Shown: piece by piece, positions 37,307 to 47,559 of the stretch | Numbering within the stretch: position 1 is the first letter of the stretch | Layout: the number at the start of each line of letters is the position of its first letter | Assembly (NCBI GenBank): GCA_043755815.1 | Contig: JAYUSF010000086.1 | Location: forward strand, 1-56,852 | Direction of reading: 5' to 3' | DNA: 56,852 bases | Source: Verrucomicrobiota bacterium | Lineage (GTDB): Bacteria > Verrucomicrobiota > Verrucomicrobiia > Limisphaerales > UBA9464 | Made by a program: the position numbers and the translations under genes | The notes under the pieces: generated by a model | What the model saw: the letters and a program-made list of their open reading frames with translations, nothing else | Told to the model about the DNA's origin: nothing | Databases searched by the model: none

Positions 37307-38035
37307 TCATTTTTTCGCCCACACGCATACGCCGTGAGTGACGTAGAGGTGAAGGAAATAGAAGCGAAACTCCGCCCAGGAAGTGTCCGGCCAGTGTCCC
37401 CGCAACCGTTCCGCCCGATACCAGAGCCAGAGCGGGACCGTAAGGACAAGGTTGACCAGCCAAGAGGCGGCCAGCCAGAGCCGCGGGAATCGCTGCATTT
37501 GAAACAACGTGAACATCAGCGTGAGCACGCCGCCATAGCCGCCCCCGTCGGAGGCGAACAGCCGGCGCTCGGAATACCCCTCCACCAGCCGGGCCACCTC
37601 GGTGAAGGTGAACCGGTGAAAATCCATGCGGTCATGGAAACACCAGCAGAAGGGCACGTAGATGAAGATCTCCCCACCCGGTTTTAGGATACGCCGCAGG
37701 TGCTGCGTGGCGGTCCAGTAATCCTTCACATGTTCCAGAATCGCATCGCAGTAGATCGCGTCGAAGCTGGCGTCGGGAATCTTGGAGTCGGTGATGTCGT
37801 CCACGAGGTCCGGCTGATATTCGTCAATGATGTCCGTGCAGGTAATCTTCGTTGCCGGGTTGGTGGAAAGGCTGCGCAGGCGGCGTGCGCTGCGCGAGGA
37901 CTGGTTCCGCCCGCCGATGTCGAGGACGGTGTCGCGGGACGCGATCCGGCGCTCGTAATCCTCACGGACGTTGAGCCGCAGGTCCATGATGGGGCGAAGC
38001 CCGTGGAAAAGGTCGGTGTCAGGGTGCCAGCGCAT
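37307..38035 (-). CDS. Class I SAM-dependent methyltransferase
   Basis: VLDIGG, DASFD, ILEHV, RILKPGG, DFHRFT. Confidence 0.85.
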   Translation of the reverse strand: MRWHPDTDLFHGLRPIMDLRLNVREDYERRIASRDTVLDIGGRNQSSRSARRLRSLSTNPATKITCTDIIDEYQPDLVDDITDSKIPDASFDAIYCDAILEHVKDYWTATQHLRRILKPGGEIFIYVPFCWCFHDRMDFHRFTFTEVARLVEGYSERRLFASDGGGYGGVLTLMFTLFQMQRFPRLWLAASWLVNLVLTVPLWLWYRAERLRGHWPDTSWAEFRFYFLHLYVTHGVCVWAKK

Positions 38036-38055
38036 GGAGTTGGATAGGTAGAGGG

Positions 38056-38898
38056 CTAGCCGGCGACATTGCGGCGCAAATTGCTCCGGTAAGCCCGGCG
38101 CACCAGTGGCGCGGGCAGCAGCCGGAAACCAAAGCGGACCAGGGGCCAGACCAGTTGGGGTGAGAGCCCGCACAGGCGCCAGGTGCCCGCCGAAATCGTG
38201 CGGAATTCCTGCCAACCGCGGCGCAGGCCCGAACGCCGCAGGAAAAAATCCCCGCTCGTGCGCCAGTGCAGGAGCGTCTGCTGCAGGTTGTGCAGCCGCC
38301 AGCCGTGACTCACGGCTTGGAACAGGAAGGCCCAATCCTCGGTGAGGAAGGCGTCCGGATAACGCACCCGGTCGCGGCGCATGGAAGCGCCCCGGATGCA
38401 GTAGGTGGGATGCAAAACCGGGTTCAACTTGGGCAGCACCCGGACAATCCGTTCGTGCCGCTCCGGATAGTGGCGCGGCCGGACAATCTCTCCCCGCTCG
38501 TCGATGTCATCGGCGTTGGCCCCCAGGAGGTCGATTTCCGGATGCCGCTCCATGAACTCCACCTGCGTTCGGAACCGCGCCGGCAGGGCCAGGTCGTCCC
38601 CGTCCATCCGGAAGAGGTAGGCCTCGTCCCCCACGAGCTCGAGCAGTTCATTGAGCGCGATCGCCAATCCGCTGTTGGCAGGACGACGCCACAGCCGAAA
38701 AAATCGGTGGGCGTGTCGCGCCAGGGCGGCTTCGTGGGATTCCGGCACCGGCCCGTCCACCGCCAGGTAGAGGTGAATCCGGTCCTGCGGATAATCTTGG
38801 GCTGCCAGCGAGGCCAAGGCCTCTTCAAAGAAGTCGAGCCGATCCCGCTGGTAGAGCGTCATCAGCACGGCCACGGCAGGCTGGGAAGGTCCGTTCAT
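38056..38898 (-). CDS. Glycosyltransferase family 2
   Basis: VDGPV, NSGLAIALN, RMDGDD, RF..Q, HPT, ED motifs. Confidence 0.9.
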   Translation of the reverse strand: MNGPSQPAVAVLMTLYQRDRLDFFEEALASLAAQDYPQDRIHLYLAVDGPVPESHEAALARHAHRFFRLWRRPANSGLAIALNELLELVGDEAYLFRMDGDDLALPARFRTQVEFMERHPEIDLLGANADDIDERGEIVRPRHYPERHERIVRVLPKLNPVLHPTYCIRGASMRRDRVRYPDAFLTEDWAFLFQAVSHGWRLHNLQQTLLHWRTSGDFFLRRSGLRRGWQEFRTISAGTWRLCGLSPQLVWPLVRFGFRLLPAPLVRRAYRSNLRRNVAG

Positions 38899-39978
38899 CT
38901 AGGCCGCTTCCAGCACCCGCAGACAGTTTGCCGCCAGTTCACCGGCCGAGTCGGCAACGGTCAGCAGCGGTGAAGGCCGGATGCCTTCCGCGCCGGCGGC
39001 CGTAGCCACCGTGGGAATGCCCGCCGCGAGGTATTCGATGACCTTGATCTTGATGCCCGACCCCAGCCGCAGCGGCGCGACGGCCAAGGCCACGCTGGAG
39101 AAGAGCGGCAGGGGATCCTCAACAAAGCCGAGCACCTCTACCTTCGGCCCCGCCAAGGCTTGGACCGCCGGGCCGGGATTGGCCCCAGCAATGAGAAATC
39201 GTGCTGCCGGCCGGCTCCGGTGAATCAAGGGCAGGACTTCGCGGACAAACCACGTCACGGCATCCTCGTTTTCGGAGCGGGACATCAGACCCCAGAAAAG
39301 CATCGTGTCGGGCCGGACTGTGGCCGGACTGCGGACCACCTCCCGGTAGCGGATATCCGCGACCGGATACCGGACTTCCACGTCGGTGCGGCCGCAGCAG
39401 TCGCGGATCAAGTCTCGGTCTTTTTCGTTCAGCGTCAGCAACCGTTCCGGGCGGCGCAGCACCGTGGCTTCCCACCGGCGGGTCCGCCGCGATTCCCACG
39501 CCCAGAACCATCGGCGCCAGCCCCGGCTGCCAGCGGACCGACGTTGCAGCGCCTGATAGAAGAGATCGTGGGCCACCAGGGTCGCCGGGATGGTCGGAGG
39601 CAGCAGGTCCAGCAGCGAAGCCCCCTGGATGGTTTCGAACCAGACGGACGCAAAAGTGCGGCCGGCGAGCCACTTACGCGCGGTAGCGAAGCGGGCGGAG
39701 GTGGTCAGCGGCAGCCCGGGATAGCGCAGGGCGGCCCACGCCCGGTTGCCGCGGGAAAGGGCGAATATCTTGGCCTCGGCACACATCCGGAAATCATCCG
39801 GCACGAGATATTGCCGTTCGTGCTCGTTGCAGAAGGCCAGCAGGGTCACGGGACCGGCCGCGCATTGCTCGCGCAGGATTTCGTAAACCAGCCGCTGGCC
39901 GCCAGAGGGAACCCGCTTGGAAGGCAGGAACCCGGAAATGAACAGTGTTCCTTTCACGGATTGGCCCGCCGGTTCCAA
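38899..39978 (-). CDS. Glycosyltransferase family 4-like
   Basis: N.DA..WF..EV.P, GFVED, PLR.GSGIKIKVIEY.A.G.P..AT..GAEG. Confidence 0.88.
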   Translation of the reverse strand: MEPAGQSVKGTLFISGFLPSKRVPSGGQRLVYEILREQCAAGPVTLLAFCNEHERQYLVPDDFRMCAEAKIFALSRGNRAWAALRYPGLPLTTSARFATARKWLAGRTFASVWFETIQGASLLDLLPPTIPATLVAHDLFYQALQRRSAGSRGWRRWFWAWESRRTRRWEATVLRRPERLLTLNEKDRDLIRDCCGRTDVEVRYPVADIRYREVVRSPATVRPDTMLFWGLMSRSENEDAVTWFVREVLPLIHRSRPAARFLIAGANPGPAVQALAGPKVEVLGFVEDPLPLFSSVALAVAPLRLGSGIKIKVIEYLAAGIPTVATAAGAEGIRPSPLLTVADSAGELAANCLRVLEAA

Positions 39979-41057
39979 TGGTGTTGGCCCTGCCGGCCCT
40001 GCTCTTCGGCAGAGAGCCAGGGTTGGCCGAGTGGCTGCGCAGTTCGGTAGGCGTCATGGATCAGCGTCAACGTCCGTAAGGCGTCCTCCGGGGGGACCGG
40101 GACGGGTTCGCCGTGCAACACCGCCCGAACCATGTGGATGATCTGCATCTCGATGCCGGCATAGGCGGTCTTGGGATTGGTCCTCCGAGGTTCTTTCATT
40201 CGCGCACCAGTTGGCCAGGAAACCACGGCCTCAATTCGTCGCCACGGCTCGCCGGGTTTCCGGATCAAAAAGAAACCCACCGGACCGATGGGCATGAAAA
40301 GTTCCCCGGTGGTGCCCCGCACCCAGAACCCATTGTTCAGTTCCTGATCCCAGGAAAGCTGGAGAAACCCGGCCACGTCGTCGTGACGCAACCGCAGGCA
40401 GGAATTCGCCTCGACACCGCCCGACCACGCGTCGTCTTCGGCACCGGCCAGCTCCGCCGGGCCAAAAATCCAGCCGAGCAGGTCCAGCACATGGACGCCC
40501 TTGTCTTGGAGCACGCCGCCGCCGGCCACCTCCCGGCGGAAGGCGGCCTCACTGACCACGGGCCAACTGTAGATGGAGCCTTCCCGATATTCATAGTCGA
40601 GCACGCGCCCCAGTTTCCCGGACTGGATCCAGTCGCGGACGGCCGCCGAATTAGGATGGAACCGGCGGGCCATCTCGACACCCACCAATCGCCCGCTGGC
40701 CTGTGCAGCCCGCACAATCTCCGCACCGGCGGCCGGCGTATCCGCGAGCGGCTTTTCGCAAAGCACATGGCTCCCGGCGGCCATCGCGGCGCAGGCCTGC
40801 GCCGCGTGGAACCGAGGCGGTGAAATGACCAAGGTCAGGGCGGGACGCACGGCGGCCAACGCAACCCCAAGGTCATCAGAAACCGTCGCCCCGCGGAAGC
40901 GACCCGCCGCCCAGGCGCGCCGCTCCGGTGAGGCTTCCACCATGCCGGCCACTCTGATGGCTCCGTCCTTTTCCAACCGGCCAAGTGGCTTCAGGTAAAG
41001 ATTCTCAAAGGCGGCGCCGCAGCCGACCACCAGGACAGGTATGGGGCTATTGCTCAT
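39954..41057 (-). CDS. Gfo/Idh/MocA family oxidoreductase
   Basis: VVGCG, LCEKP, GGGVLQD.GVH.LD; GGAGG RBS. Confidence 0.88.
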   Translation of the reverse strand: MSNSPIPVLVVGCGAAFENLYLKPLGRLEKDGAIRVAGMVEASPERRAWAAGRFRGATVSDDLGVALAAVRPALTLVISPPRFHAAQACAAMAAGSHVLCEKPLADTPAAGAEIVRAAQASGRLVGVEMARRFHPNSAAVRDWIQSGKLGRVLDYEYREGSIYSWPVVSEAAFRREVAGGGVLQDKGVHVLDLLGWIFGPAELAGAEDDAWSGGVEANSCLRLRHDDVAGFLQLSWDQELNNGFWVRGTTGELFMPIGPVGFFLIRKPGEPWRRIEAVVSWPTGARMKEPRRTNPKTAYAGIEMQIIHMVRAVLHGEPVPVPPEDALRTLTLIHDAYRTAQPLGQPWLSAEEQGRQGQHHWNRRANP

Positions 41058-42183
41058 GGTTCCTCCTTCCATAGCCGGCGAACTGCAGCCAGCGGCCTGT
41101 TCGGGCCAACCCCTCTTCAAAGCTCATCAGCTGGGGGTCGCCGAAGATTTGAACAAACTTCTCCATGCCGAGTTTGCGCTCGGTGGATTGGAGGCTCCAC
41201 TGCTCCCGGGAAAACCGGGGCGGCGACATCGCCACCGAGACGTCCGTGGGCACGGGCGCCTGGAATGCGCCACCCGCCAGCCATGGTAGCAGTGACTTGA
41301 GACGCGACTTGGCCTCGCCACTCATCCGTTTCAGGGCCCACTTGGAGCTCTGGTAGAACCACGGCTGTTGCTTTAGCCATTCCACGGCCAACCCGCGATG
41401 CAAGGCCAAGGGACTACGGGGAATAGTCCGGATCCGTTCCGGCGGATATCCCAAGGCGGCGGCGATGCCGCCGACGTAACGCAGCCAGGTGATATCCCCG
41501 GGGTCGGCGACGTTGAAGACCCCACCGACTGCAGCCGGTGTAAGGGTGGCGGCCCGGATGCACTTTACCAGATTGTCCACATGAATCAGGTTGCAGACGC
41601 CCTTACCATCTTGTGCCAGCCACATGCCTCCTCGGTCGAGCTGGCGGGCGGGCAGGTGAGACCAAGGGGAACCGGGGCCCCAAATCAGGCCCGGACGCAA
41701 GATCACGACCTCTGGGCCGCCGGTCTGCCGAAGCAGGAACCGTTCACAGGCTGCCTTGGCGCGCGCATAATACATCCAGTGGCCGGAGACAGGTGGGGAG
41801 TCGTCGTGGGTGCCCAAATCCTGGACTCGGTCGAACACCACGGCTGAGCTCAGGTGGATCAACCGGTGGGCTTTGGCGGCCACGGAGGCCTTCCAGATCG
41901 TTTCCGTCTCTTCCAGCATCGTGTGCGTGTCCCCCAACGTCACATTGACCACGGTCTGGCAGCCAGCAAACGCCTGGGCCAGGGAGGAAGCTTCGGCGGT
42001 GTTGGCCTTTCTCCACGAAGTAATGCCAATCCGGCTCAGGCGGGCGAGGTTTCGGGGTGAGCGGATTACTGGAAGCCAGTGGTCTTCGCCAGCCAGCCGG
42101 GAACATTCTAGCAGCCTCGTTCCGAGAAATCCGCCGCCGCCAACAACGGCTATGGCGGCGATAGACAGGGGATCTTTGGTCAT
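41047..42183 (-). CDS. NAD-dependent epimerase/dehydratase
   Basis: GGGGFLG, HLSS, YxxxK (YARAK), LRPG.IWGP. Confidence 0.85.
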   Translation of the reverse strand: MTKDPLSIAAIAVVGGGGFLGTRLLECSRLAGEDHWLPVIRSPRNLARLSRIGITSWRKANTAEASSLAQAFAGCQTVVNVTLGDTHTMLEETETIWKASVAAKAHRLIHLSSAVVFDRVQDLGTHDDSPPVSGHWMYYARAKAACERFLLRQTGGPEVVILRPGLIWGPGSPWSHLPARQLDRGGMWLAQDGKGVCNLIHVDNLVKCIRAATLTPAAVGGVFNVADPGDITWLRYVGGIAAALGYPPERIRTIPRSPLALHRGLAVEWLKQQPWFYQSSKWALKRMSGEAKSRLKSLLPWLAGGAFQAPVPTDVSVAMSPPRFSREQWSLQSTERKLGMEKFVQIFGDPQLMSFEEGLARTGRWLQFAGYGRRNHEQ

Positions 42184-42222
42184 TTTTCGTAGGAGGAAAC
42201 CGTCGCGGAGGACAATCCTTTC

Positions 42223-43023
42223 TCAGAGACCCTTTGCGTGAACTTCGACTCTGAGGATGCGGTTTTCAAACAGGCCGCTGACCGCAAAGCTGATCAGGCT
42301 GCAGAGCAAGGGCGGCTCATAGCGCACCTTTGTAGCGCCGCATTCCCGGAAGTATTCGGCTTCCTTTCTGGCCGAAAACTGGCCTTCGCGGACGGTGAAG
42401 CAGGCCAGAGTGCTGGCCACGGTGTGGAGCGGCACGTGTTCGGCGAAAGTTCTCCAGAGATGGAAGTCGCCGGCATACCGATACTTGAGCATCACGGCCT
42501 CGGCGCCGGATCGATTCCAGAGGCCCCGCCGCCAGAACATGGACTCCTGCTGCAGGAAGCCGAACAGTCCGCCCCGATGCCAGCCCCGGCGGATGAACTC
42601 ACGCACATAATATTTGGCCATCCGCCCGGTGGCGCACAGGCCGCTCTGCTCGTAATAGACCGAGGGGATGCCGTAGAGCCATTCCACCCCCGGATGCGTC
42701 CGGAAGATGTGTTCCACCACCCGTAAGGCCCAGGGGTTGTAGAAATCATCTCCGGCGATCCACCCCATGATTTCCCCCGTGGTCTGGCGATGCCCCTTGA
42801 CGACATTGCCATAGACCCCCGCATTTTCCTCCACGACCAGCCGCACCGGGTAGCGGGCGGAGTAGCCACGAACGATTTCGTGGGTGCGGTCCGTGCTGCC
42901 ACCATCCAGCACCACATGTTCGAAACTGGCGCGCTGAACCTCCAGGGAATGCAGAGTTCGGTCGATGGTGCGCTCCATGTTGAGCGCCGGGGTGACGATG
43001 CTGATGTAAGGCTTGGTTTCCAT
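42223..43023 (-). CDS. Glycosyltransferase family 2 (WcaE-like)
   Basis: ISIVTP..N, DGGSTD.T, GEIMGWI.GDD, QES.FWR. Confidence 0.9.
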   Translation of the reverse strand: METKPYISIVTPALNMERTIDRTLHSLEVQRASFEHVVLDGGSTDRTHEIVRGYSARYPVRLVVEENAGVYGNVVKGHRQTTGEIMGWIAGDDFYNPWALRVVEHIFRTHPGVEWLYGIPSVYYEQSGLCATGRMAKYYVREFIRRGWHRGGLFGFLQQESMFWRRGLWNRSGAEAVMLKYRYAGDFHLWRTFAEHVPLHTVASTLACFTVREGQFSARKEAEYFRECGATKVRYEPPLLCSLISFAVSGLFENRILRVEVHAKGL

Positions 43024-43034
43024 GCTCAGGGAGT

Positions 43035-44093
43035 TCAGGCGGTGCGCTGGAGCCACGACCGGTGGATTTCCTCGAACGTCGTCCGGAGGTCCTTGGTGAT
43101 GTCCCAGCCGGGGAAATGCGCCTTCAGCTTGTCGAGGTTCGAGATGTAGCAGATGTGGTCGCCCTGGCGGTTTTGGTCCACGTATTCGTATTGCATTGGC
43201 TTGCCGGAGATGGACGCGATCAAGTCGAAGGCCTCCAGGATGGACACGGAATTGGCCCGGCCGCCGCCCAGATTGTAAACCTCGCCCCGACGAGGCGCCT
43301 CAATGAAACGGCGCATGAACTGCACCACGTCAAAGCTGTGGATGTTGTCGCGCACCTGCTTCCCTTTGTAGCCGAAGATCCGGTAAGTGCGGCCCTCCAA
43401 GTTGCATTTGATCAGGTAGCTGAGGAAGCCGTGCAGCTCCACGCCGCTGTGGTTGGGGCCGGTGAGGCAGCCGCCGCGCAGGCAGCAGGTGGGCATGCCG
43501 AAGTAGCGGCCGTATTCCTGCACCATCACGTCGGCCGCGACCTTGGAGGCGCCGAAGAGGGAGTGCTTGGACTGGTCGATGCGGAAGGTTTCCCGGATGC
43601 CGTCGGCGTAGGCCGGATCGGCGTAGTCCCAACGCTGTTCGAGCTCCTTCAGCGCGATCTCGTTGGGGGCGTCGCCATACACCTTGTTGGTGCTCATGTG
43701 GACGAACGGCGAGTCCGGGCAGGCCAGGCGCGCAGCTTCCAGCAGGTTCAGCGTGCCCACGGCATTGACGTCGAAGTCATCGAACGGGCGGCTGGCCGCC
43801 AAGTCGTGGCTGGGTTGGGCGGCGGTATGGACCGTAGCCGTGGGCTTCACGTTCCGGAGCAGTTCCAGGACGGCGGGCCGGTTACGGATGTCCGCTTCGT
43901 GGTGCCGGAAGCCGGGATAAGTCTCCCTGAGTCGTCCCAGATTCCAGCGGGTATCTCCCTGCGGGCCGAAAAAATCGGCGCGCATGTTGTTGTCCACGCC
44001 ATGCACCTCCCATCCCAAGGTGGCAAAGTAGGCGACGACTTCGGAACCGATCAGCCCCGACGAGCCGGTGACCAGCAGTCTTTTGGATGTCAT
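43035..44093 (-). CDS. NAD-dependent epimerase, CDP-paratose 2-epimerase-like
   Basis: [41 protein letters not shown]. Confidence 0.85.
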   Translation of the reverse strand: MTSKRLLVTGSSGLIGSEVVAYFATLGWEVHGVDNNMRADFFGPQGDTRWNLGRLRETYPGFRHHEADIRNRPAVLELLRNVKPTATVHTAAQPSHDLAASRPFDDFDVNAVGTLNLLEAARLACPDSPFVHMSTNKVYGDAPNEIALKELEQRWDYADPAYADGIRETFRIDQSKHSLFGASKVAADVMVQEYGRYFGMPTCCLRGGCLTGPNHSGVELHGFLSYLIKCNLEGRTYRIFGYKGKQVRDNIHSFDVVQFMRRFIEAPRRGEVYNLGGGRANSVSILEAFDLIASISGKPMQYEYVDQNRQGDHICYISNLDKLKAHFPGWDITKDLRTTFEEIHRSWLQRTA

Positions 44094-44106
44094 TGTGGTT
44101 TTGAAA

Positions 44107-45240
44107 TCAGCCGGAGTGACCAGCAATGGCGGTGGGGCGAATCGGGCGGGAGCGTTGGGTCAGGGCCGCCCGGTAAGCCCGAACCGTTCCTTCCGCACAA
44201 CGCTGCCAGGAAAAATGCCGGCCGCGGAGGTGTCCACGGTTTATCAGTTCCTGACGGCCAGACGAGTCGGTGAGGAGTCGGCGCAATTCCTCTTCCAGCG
44301 AGTCAGCCGCGGCCACTTCAAAGTAGGCGGCAGCTTCGCCGGCCACTTCACGGATCGAACCGCAGCCAGAGGTCAACACCGGACAGCCATAGTGAAAGGC
44401 TTCCAGCACGGGCAGGCCGAAACCCTCATACAGGGACGGATAGATCAGGGCGCTGGCCTGTCGATACGCTGCCGCGAGGGCCTGGTCGTCACCCCGCCGA
44501 AATTCGACCGTCCCCGGCAGCGCCACTTCATCGGCTGAAGGCTCTAGTCCCCCAAAGCAGACAAGCTTGAACTCACGGCGCAGCCATTCGCTTTGCCGCC
44601 AGGCGGCGGCCAGCACGGCAAAGTTTTTGTAGCCGCCGCGTTCACCCACATACAGTAGGCTGGGTTGTTCGGGCGAATTCAAGAGGGGTAGTTGGTCCAG
44701 CGGCGGCAGGGAACACCCGAGCGGGGTGACAAATACCCGGTCGGGCGGCACCCGGTAGCGTTCGCACAGGTCGCGCTTCGTGGTTTCCGAGATAGCCAGG
44801 ATCACATCGGCCCTCCGGACCGCCTCAGGTCGCCACCGGAAGATGTAATCCTGCGGAATGAACAGGTGTGGAAACAACTCATGCACCAGATCATATACTG
44901 TGAGCACGAGCGCTTTAGAACCAATGTCTTGGGGTAGCCAGAAATAGGTGGGGTGATAGATGTCGGCGCTTGATGCCCGGAGTGCCCGACGACACAGCGT
45001 CCCGTTCAGCGCCCAAGCCAGCCAGCGGGTCTTTGGCAGCAACGGATCCTTTGCCTGCAATCCCCGCACCCGCACCGTAGCGGGGATTTCGCTGGCCAGC
45101 GCGGTCTGGTTCAGTCCCAGGAACAGTTCGGGATCTATCTCTCCTGATTTCTGAAATTCCTGCCAGAGCGAGACAAAATAGCGGGAAACCCCCCCGCGCT
45201 GCTGTAGTGCGAAAATCTGGAAATCGTAGAGAACTTTCAC
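44107..45240 (-). CDS. Glycosyltransferase family 4 (MtfB-like)
   Basis: [33 protein letters not shown]. Confidence 0.9.
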   Translation of the reverse strand: MKVLYDFQIFALQQRGGVSRYFVSLWQEFQKSGEIDPELFLGLNQTALASEIPATVRVRGLQAKDPLLPKTRWLAWALNGTLCRRALRASSADIYHPTYFWLPQDIGSKALVLTVYDLVHELFPHLFIPQDYIFRWRPEAVRRADVILAISETTKRDLCERYRVPPDRVFVTPLGCSLPPLDQLPLLNSPEQPSLLYVGERGGYKNFAVLAAAWRQSEWLRREFKLVCFGGLEPSADEVALPGTVEFRRGDDQALAAAYRQASALIYPSLYEGFGLPVLEAFHYGCPVLTSGCGSIREVAGEAAAYFEVAAADSLEEELRRLLTDSSGRQELINRGHLRGRHFSWQRCAEGTVRAYRAALTQRSRPIRPTAIAGHSG

Positions 45241-45259
45241 CAGCGTGGTTTCGGTTAAA

Positions 45260-46075
45260 TCAGGCGCTGGCAACTGGATCCGAAAACCGCAACGCCTCCT
45301 CGAATGAGACTCGTTCCAACACCTCTAGGGCGCCCCCTCGGGTCGCGTTCTTAATCCAGCCACCCTCTTTCCGCAACTCCTGGTCGCATACGTGAAAACC
45401 TTCTTCAATCAGTTCCATCTGAGGCGGAACCCACGGCTTGCCTGAACGATAGTTGGCAATGAAGTGATTACCATCGCCTTGGGCCGTTTTGAGTCCGGCT
45501 AGTGAGTCTTCAACTTTTTGAAACTTAAACGAGTGGTCCACCCCATACAGGAAGAAATGGCGGATGCCGAGATGGTAGCCAATTTGGGTTGCGGCCACCA
45601 GCGTGGCGCCGCCGACACCCGCCCCGAACCTCACGTCACGGAAGAACCGGAACGGCCGGCTCCAGTCGGATCGCACCCAATAAAAGTTACCAGGAATCTG
45701 CGGTTTCCGTTCATCTACAAACCACACGTCGCAGCCGCCGCGGGTCAGTATTTCCAGTCCGAAATCATCAATCATCTGCCGGTCCGAGCTGACCAAGCAG
45801 TTCGGGCGGAAACGAGTCTTGTCATAGGCCAAGAAAAAGCGGTTGCAGCAGAACGCGATCCGGCCGCTCAAGGCATCCAGATCTTCCGTCCGGACGCTGG
45901 GACCGCTGCCGATGAGAAAGCCGATCCTCCCCACGTAAGAATTCTTCGCCTGGCGCAGCAAACGTTGGTCACGGGTCAGCGGCAGCCCCAAGGCGGACAG
46001 GGTTGCGCCGCCTTGGAAGCCGAGCGACCGGACTCGTCGCAGCGCAGATCGAAACAGTTTCAATGGAAATTCCAC
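45260..46075 (-). CDS. DUF115 / Maf-like (MptE-like) protein, putative ulosonate transferase
   Basis: FLIGSGPS, CN...L, A.Q..Y.LG....L.GVDH, NHF..NY, NATRGG.LEV. Confidence 0.75.
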   Translation of the reverse strand: MEFPLKLFRSALRRVRSLGFQGGATLSALGLPLTRDQRLLRQAKNSYVGRIGFLIGSGPSVRTEDLDALSGRIAFCCNRFFLAYDKTRFRPNCLVSSDRQMIDDFGLEILTRGGCDVWFVDERKPQIPGNFYWVRSDWSRPFRFFRDVRFGAGVGGATLVAATQIGYHLGIRHFFLYGVDHSFKFQKVEDSLAGLKTAQGDGNHFIANYRSGKPWVPPQMELIEEGFHVCDQELRKEGGWIKNATRGGALEVLERVSFEEALRFSDPVASA

Positions 46076-46130
46076 AAAGTGTCACAACCTAACCCCGTGG
46101 CCGTTGGTTTGGAGGCATGGCGGCCGGTCG

Positions 46131-47543
46131 TCATCGTTGCAACAGCGGGGACGGCGCCACGCCGCCTTTCTCCGCGCGTCCCCTTGCGGGGGAGCCGGAG
46201 GGTTCGATTTTGGAAAACATCCGCAGGGTCACGAAGCAAACAACGGCGATGACATAGAAGAACTGGTGCACGTTGAAGAATCCGTCGTGCATGTTTGAAA
46301 GACCCAGCATGCCAAGACCAAACAGAGCCCACTCGATGCGCTGTTTCTGTTCGTCATTCAGGTCCTTGCGGCTGAGCAGGCCGACACCCCGCCAAGTGAG
46401 CACCAAGATGACGCTGGAGAGGAGCAGGGCCGGTATGAGCCCGTAGATGAAAATGAGGTCCAGAAACCCCTGGTGGAAGGCGATTCGCCCGCCGACCTGA
46501 CCTGCCAAGGGGTCGGCGAACGAGGTCTGCGAATAGGCGTCCAAAAAGACGTGGCCCTTTCCATAAAACAGGTAATTGCCTTCCCGCAGGCTATCGATCC
46601 CGGCGTCCCAGATTTCGGTGCGGTCGGTGAGCGAAACCAGGCCCGTTACGTCCTGCTTGCCCGCCATTCGGAGCACAAAATCGGGCACCGCCTGTTCGAG
46701 GAGGTTCCGGAAGGTGCTGTTGGTAAAGATCAGCGGGGCCACGAACATGTAGCTGACAAACAGCCCGTTGAGAATCCCCCTGAACCGATACGTGGGAATC
46801 AATCGCCACAGCATAAAGCCCAGCATGGGAAAGGCGGCGGCCCGGAACTCAATGATGCGGAGCAGGTAGATGAGCACGAGGGCTATGCCACCGGCAAACA
46901 ACCGCTGCGCCCACCCCATTTGCCGGCCGGAAATCCAGAACGCCAGGACGGGCAGTGCCCAGCGCAACAGGCTGGAAAGCTGGGCCGACGAATAGAAGGG
47001 GGCAATCCAGCGGGACTCCCCCTCCTCGAAGCGTGATTGATAAATGCCGCGCCGTTCATCAAAGATTCCCGGGTCCAGGCCCAGTTGGTCGGCCAAAAAG
47101 TTGCCGACCCCGAACCAGACGAACGCGATGGACAGGGTTATCAGGAACGGCGCCGGTGATCCCAGTCCGTGTCGGCTTCCCAAAATACCCAGCAGCAGCA
47201 GAAGCTGGCCTTCCAGGATCGCTTCCTTTACCGCAAACCCCATCCCGACTTCACGGGAGTGCTCCGCAGCGATCACCAGCAGGTTGAAAAGGATCAGAGC
47301 AGTGCCGATCCAGGTCTTCTTGCTAAGCCAGTCCGCGGACAAGGTCGCGAACCCGCGCCGGCCTAGGTTTAGGGCGGCAAACCCGATGAAAAGCAGGGTC
47401 GCAAGAACGATTACCTTGCCGGACTTGAAAGCCGTGCAGGTGATGAAGGTGCCGAGGAGGAATCCGTTGAGGGCGAAGAGCCAGAACGGAACCTTGGCCT
47501 GGGTGTCTGAAAATGAACGCATGGGACTAATTGCTGGCTTCAC
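46131..47543 (-). CDS. Polysaccharide polymerase / O-antigen ligase-like membrane protein
   Basis: About 10-12 TM helices; LTDRTEIW, G.GH and FHQGFLD..F.YG Wzy_C-like motifs. Confidence 0.7.
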   Translation of the reverse strand: MKPAISPMRSFSDTQAKVPFWLFALNGFLLGTFITCTAFKSGKVIVLATLLFIGFAALNLGRRGFATLSADWLSKKTWIGTALILFNLLVIAAEHSREVGMGFAVKEAILEGQLLLLLGILGSRHGLGSPAPFLITLSIAFVWFGVGNFLADQLGLDPGIFDERRGIYQSRFEEGESRWIAPFYSSAQLSSLLRWALPVLAFWISGRQMGWAQRLFAGGIALVLIYLLRIIEFRAAAFPMLGFMLWRLIPTYRFRGILNGLFVSYMFVAPLIFTNSTFRNLLEQAVPDFVLRMAGKQDVTGLVSLTDRTEIWDAGIDSLREGNYLFYGKGHVFLDAYSQTSFADPLAGQVGGRIAFHQGFLDLIFIYGLIPALLLSSVILVLTWRGVGLLSRKDLNDEQKQRIEWALFGLGMLGLSNMHDGFFNVHQFFYVIAVVCFVTLRMFSKIEPSGSPARGRAEKGGVAPSPLLQR

Positions 47544-47559
47544 GAGCGAACATCAAGGG

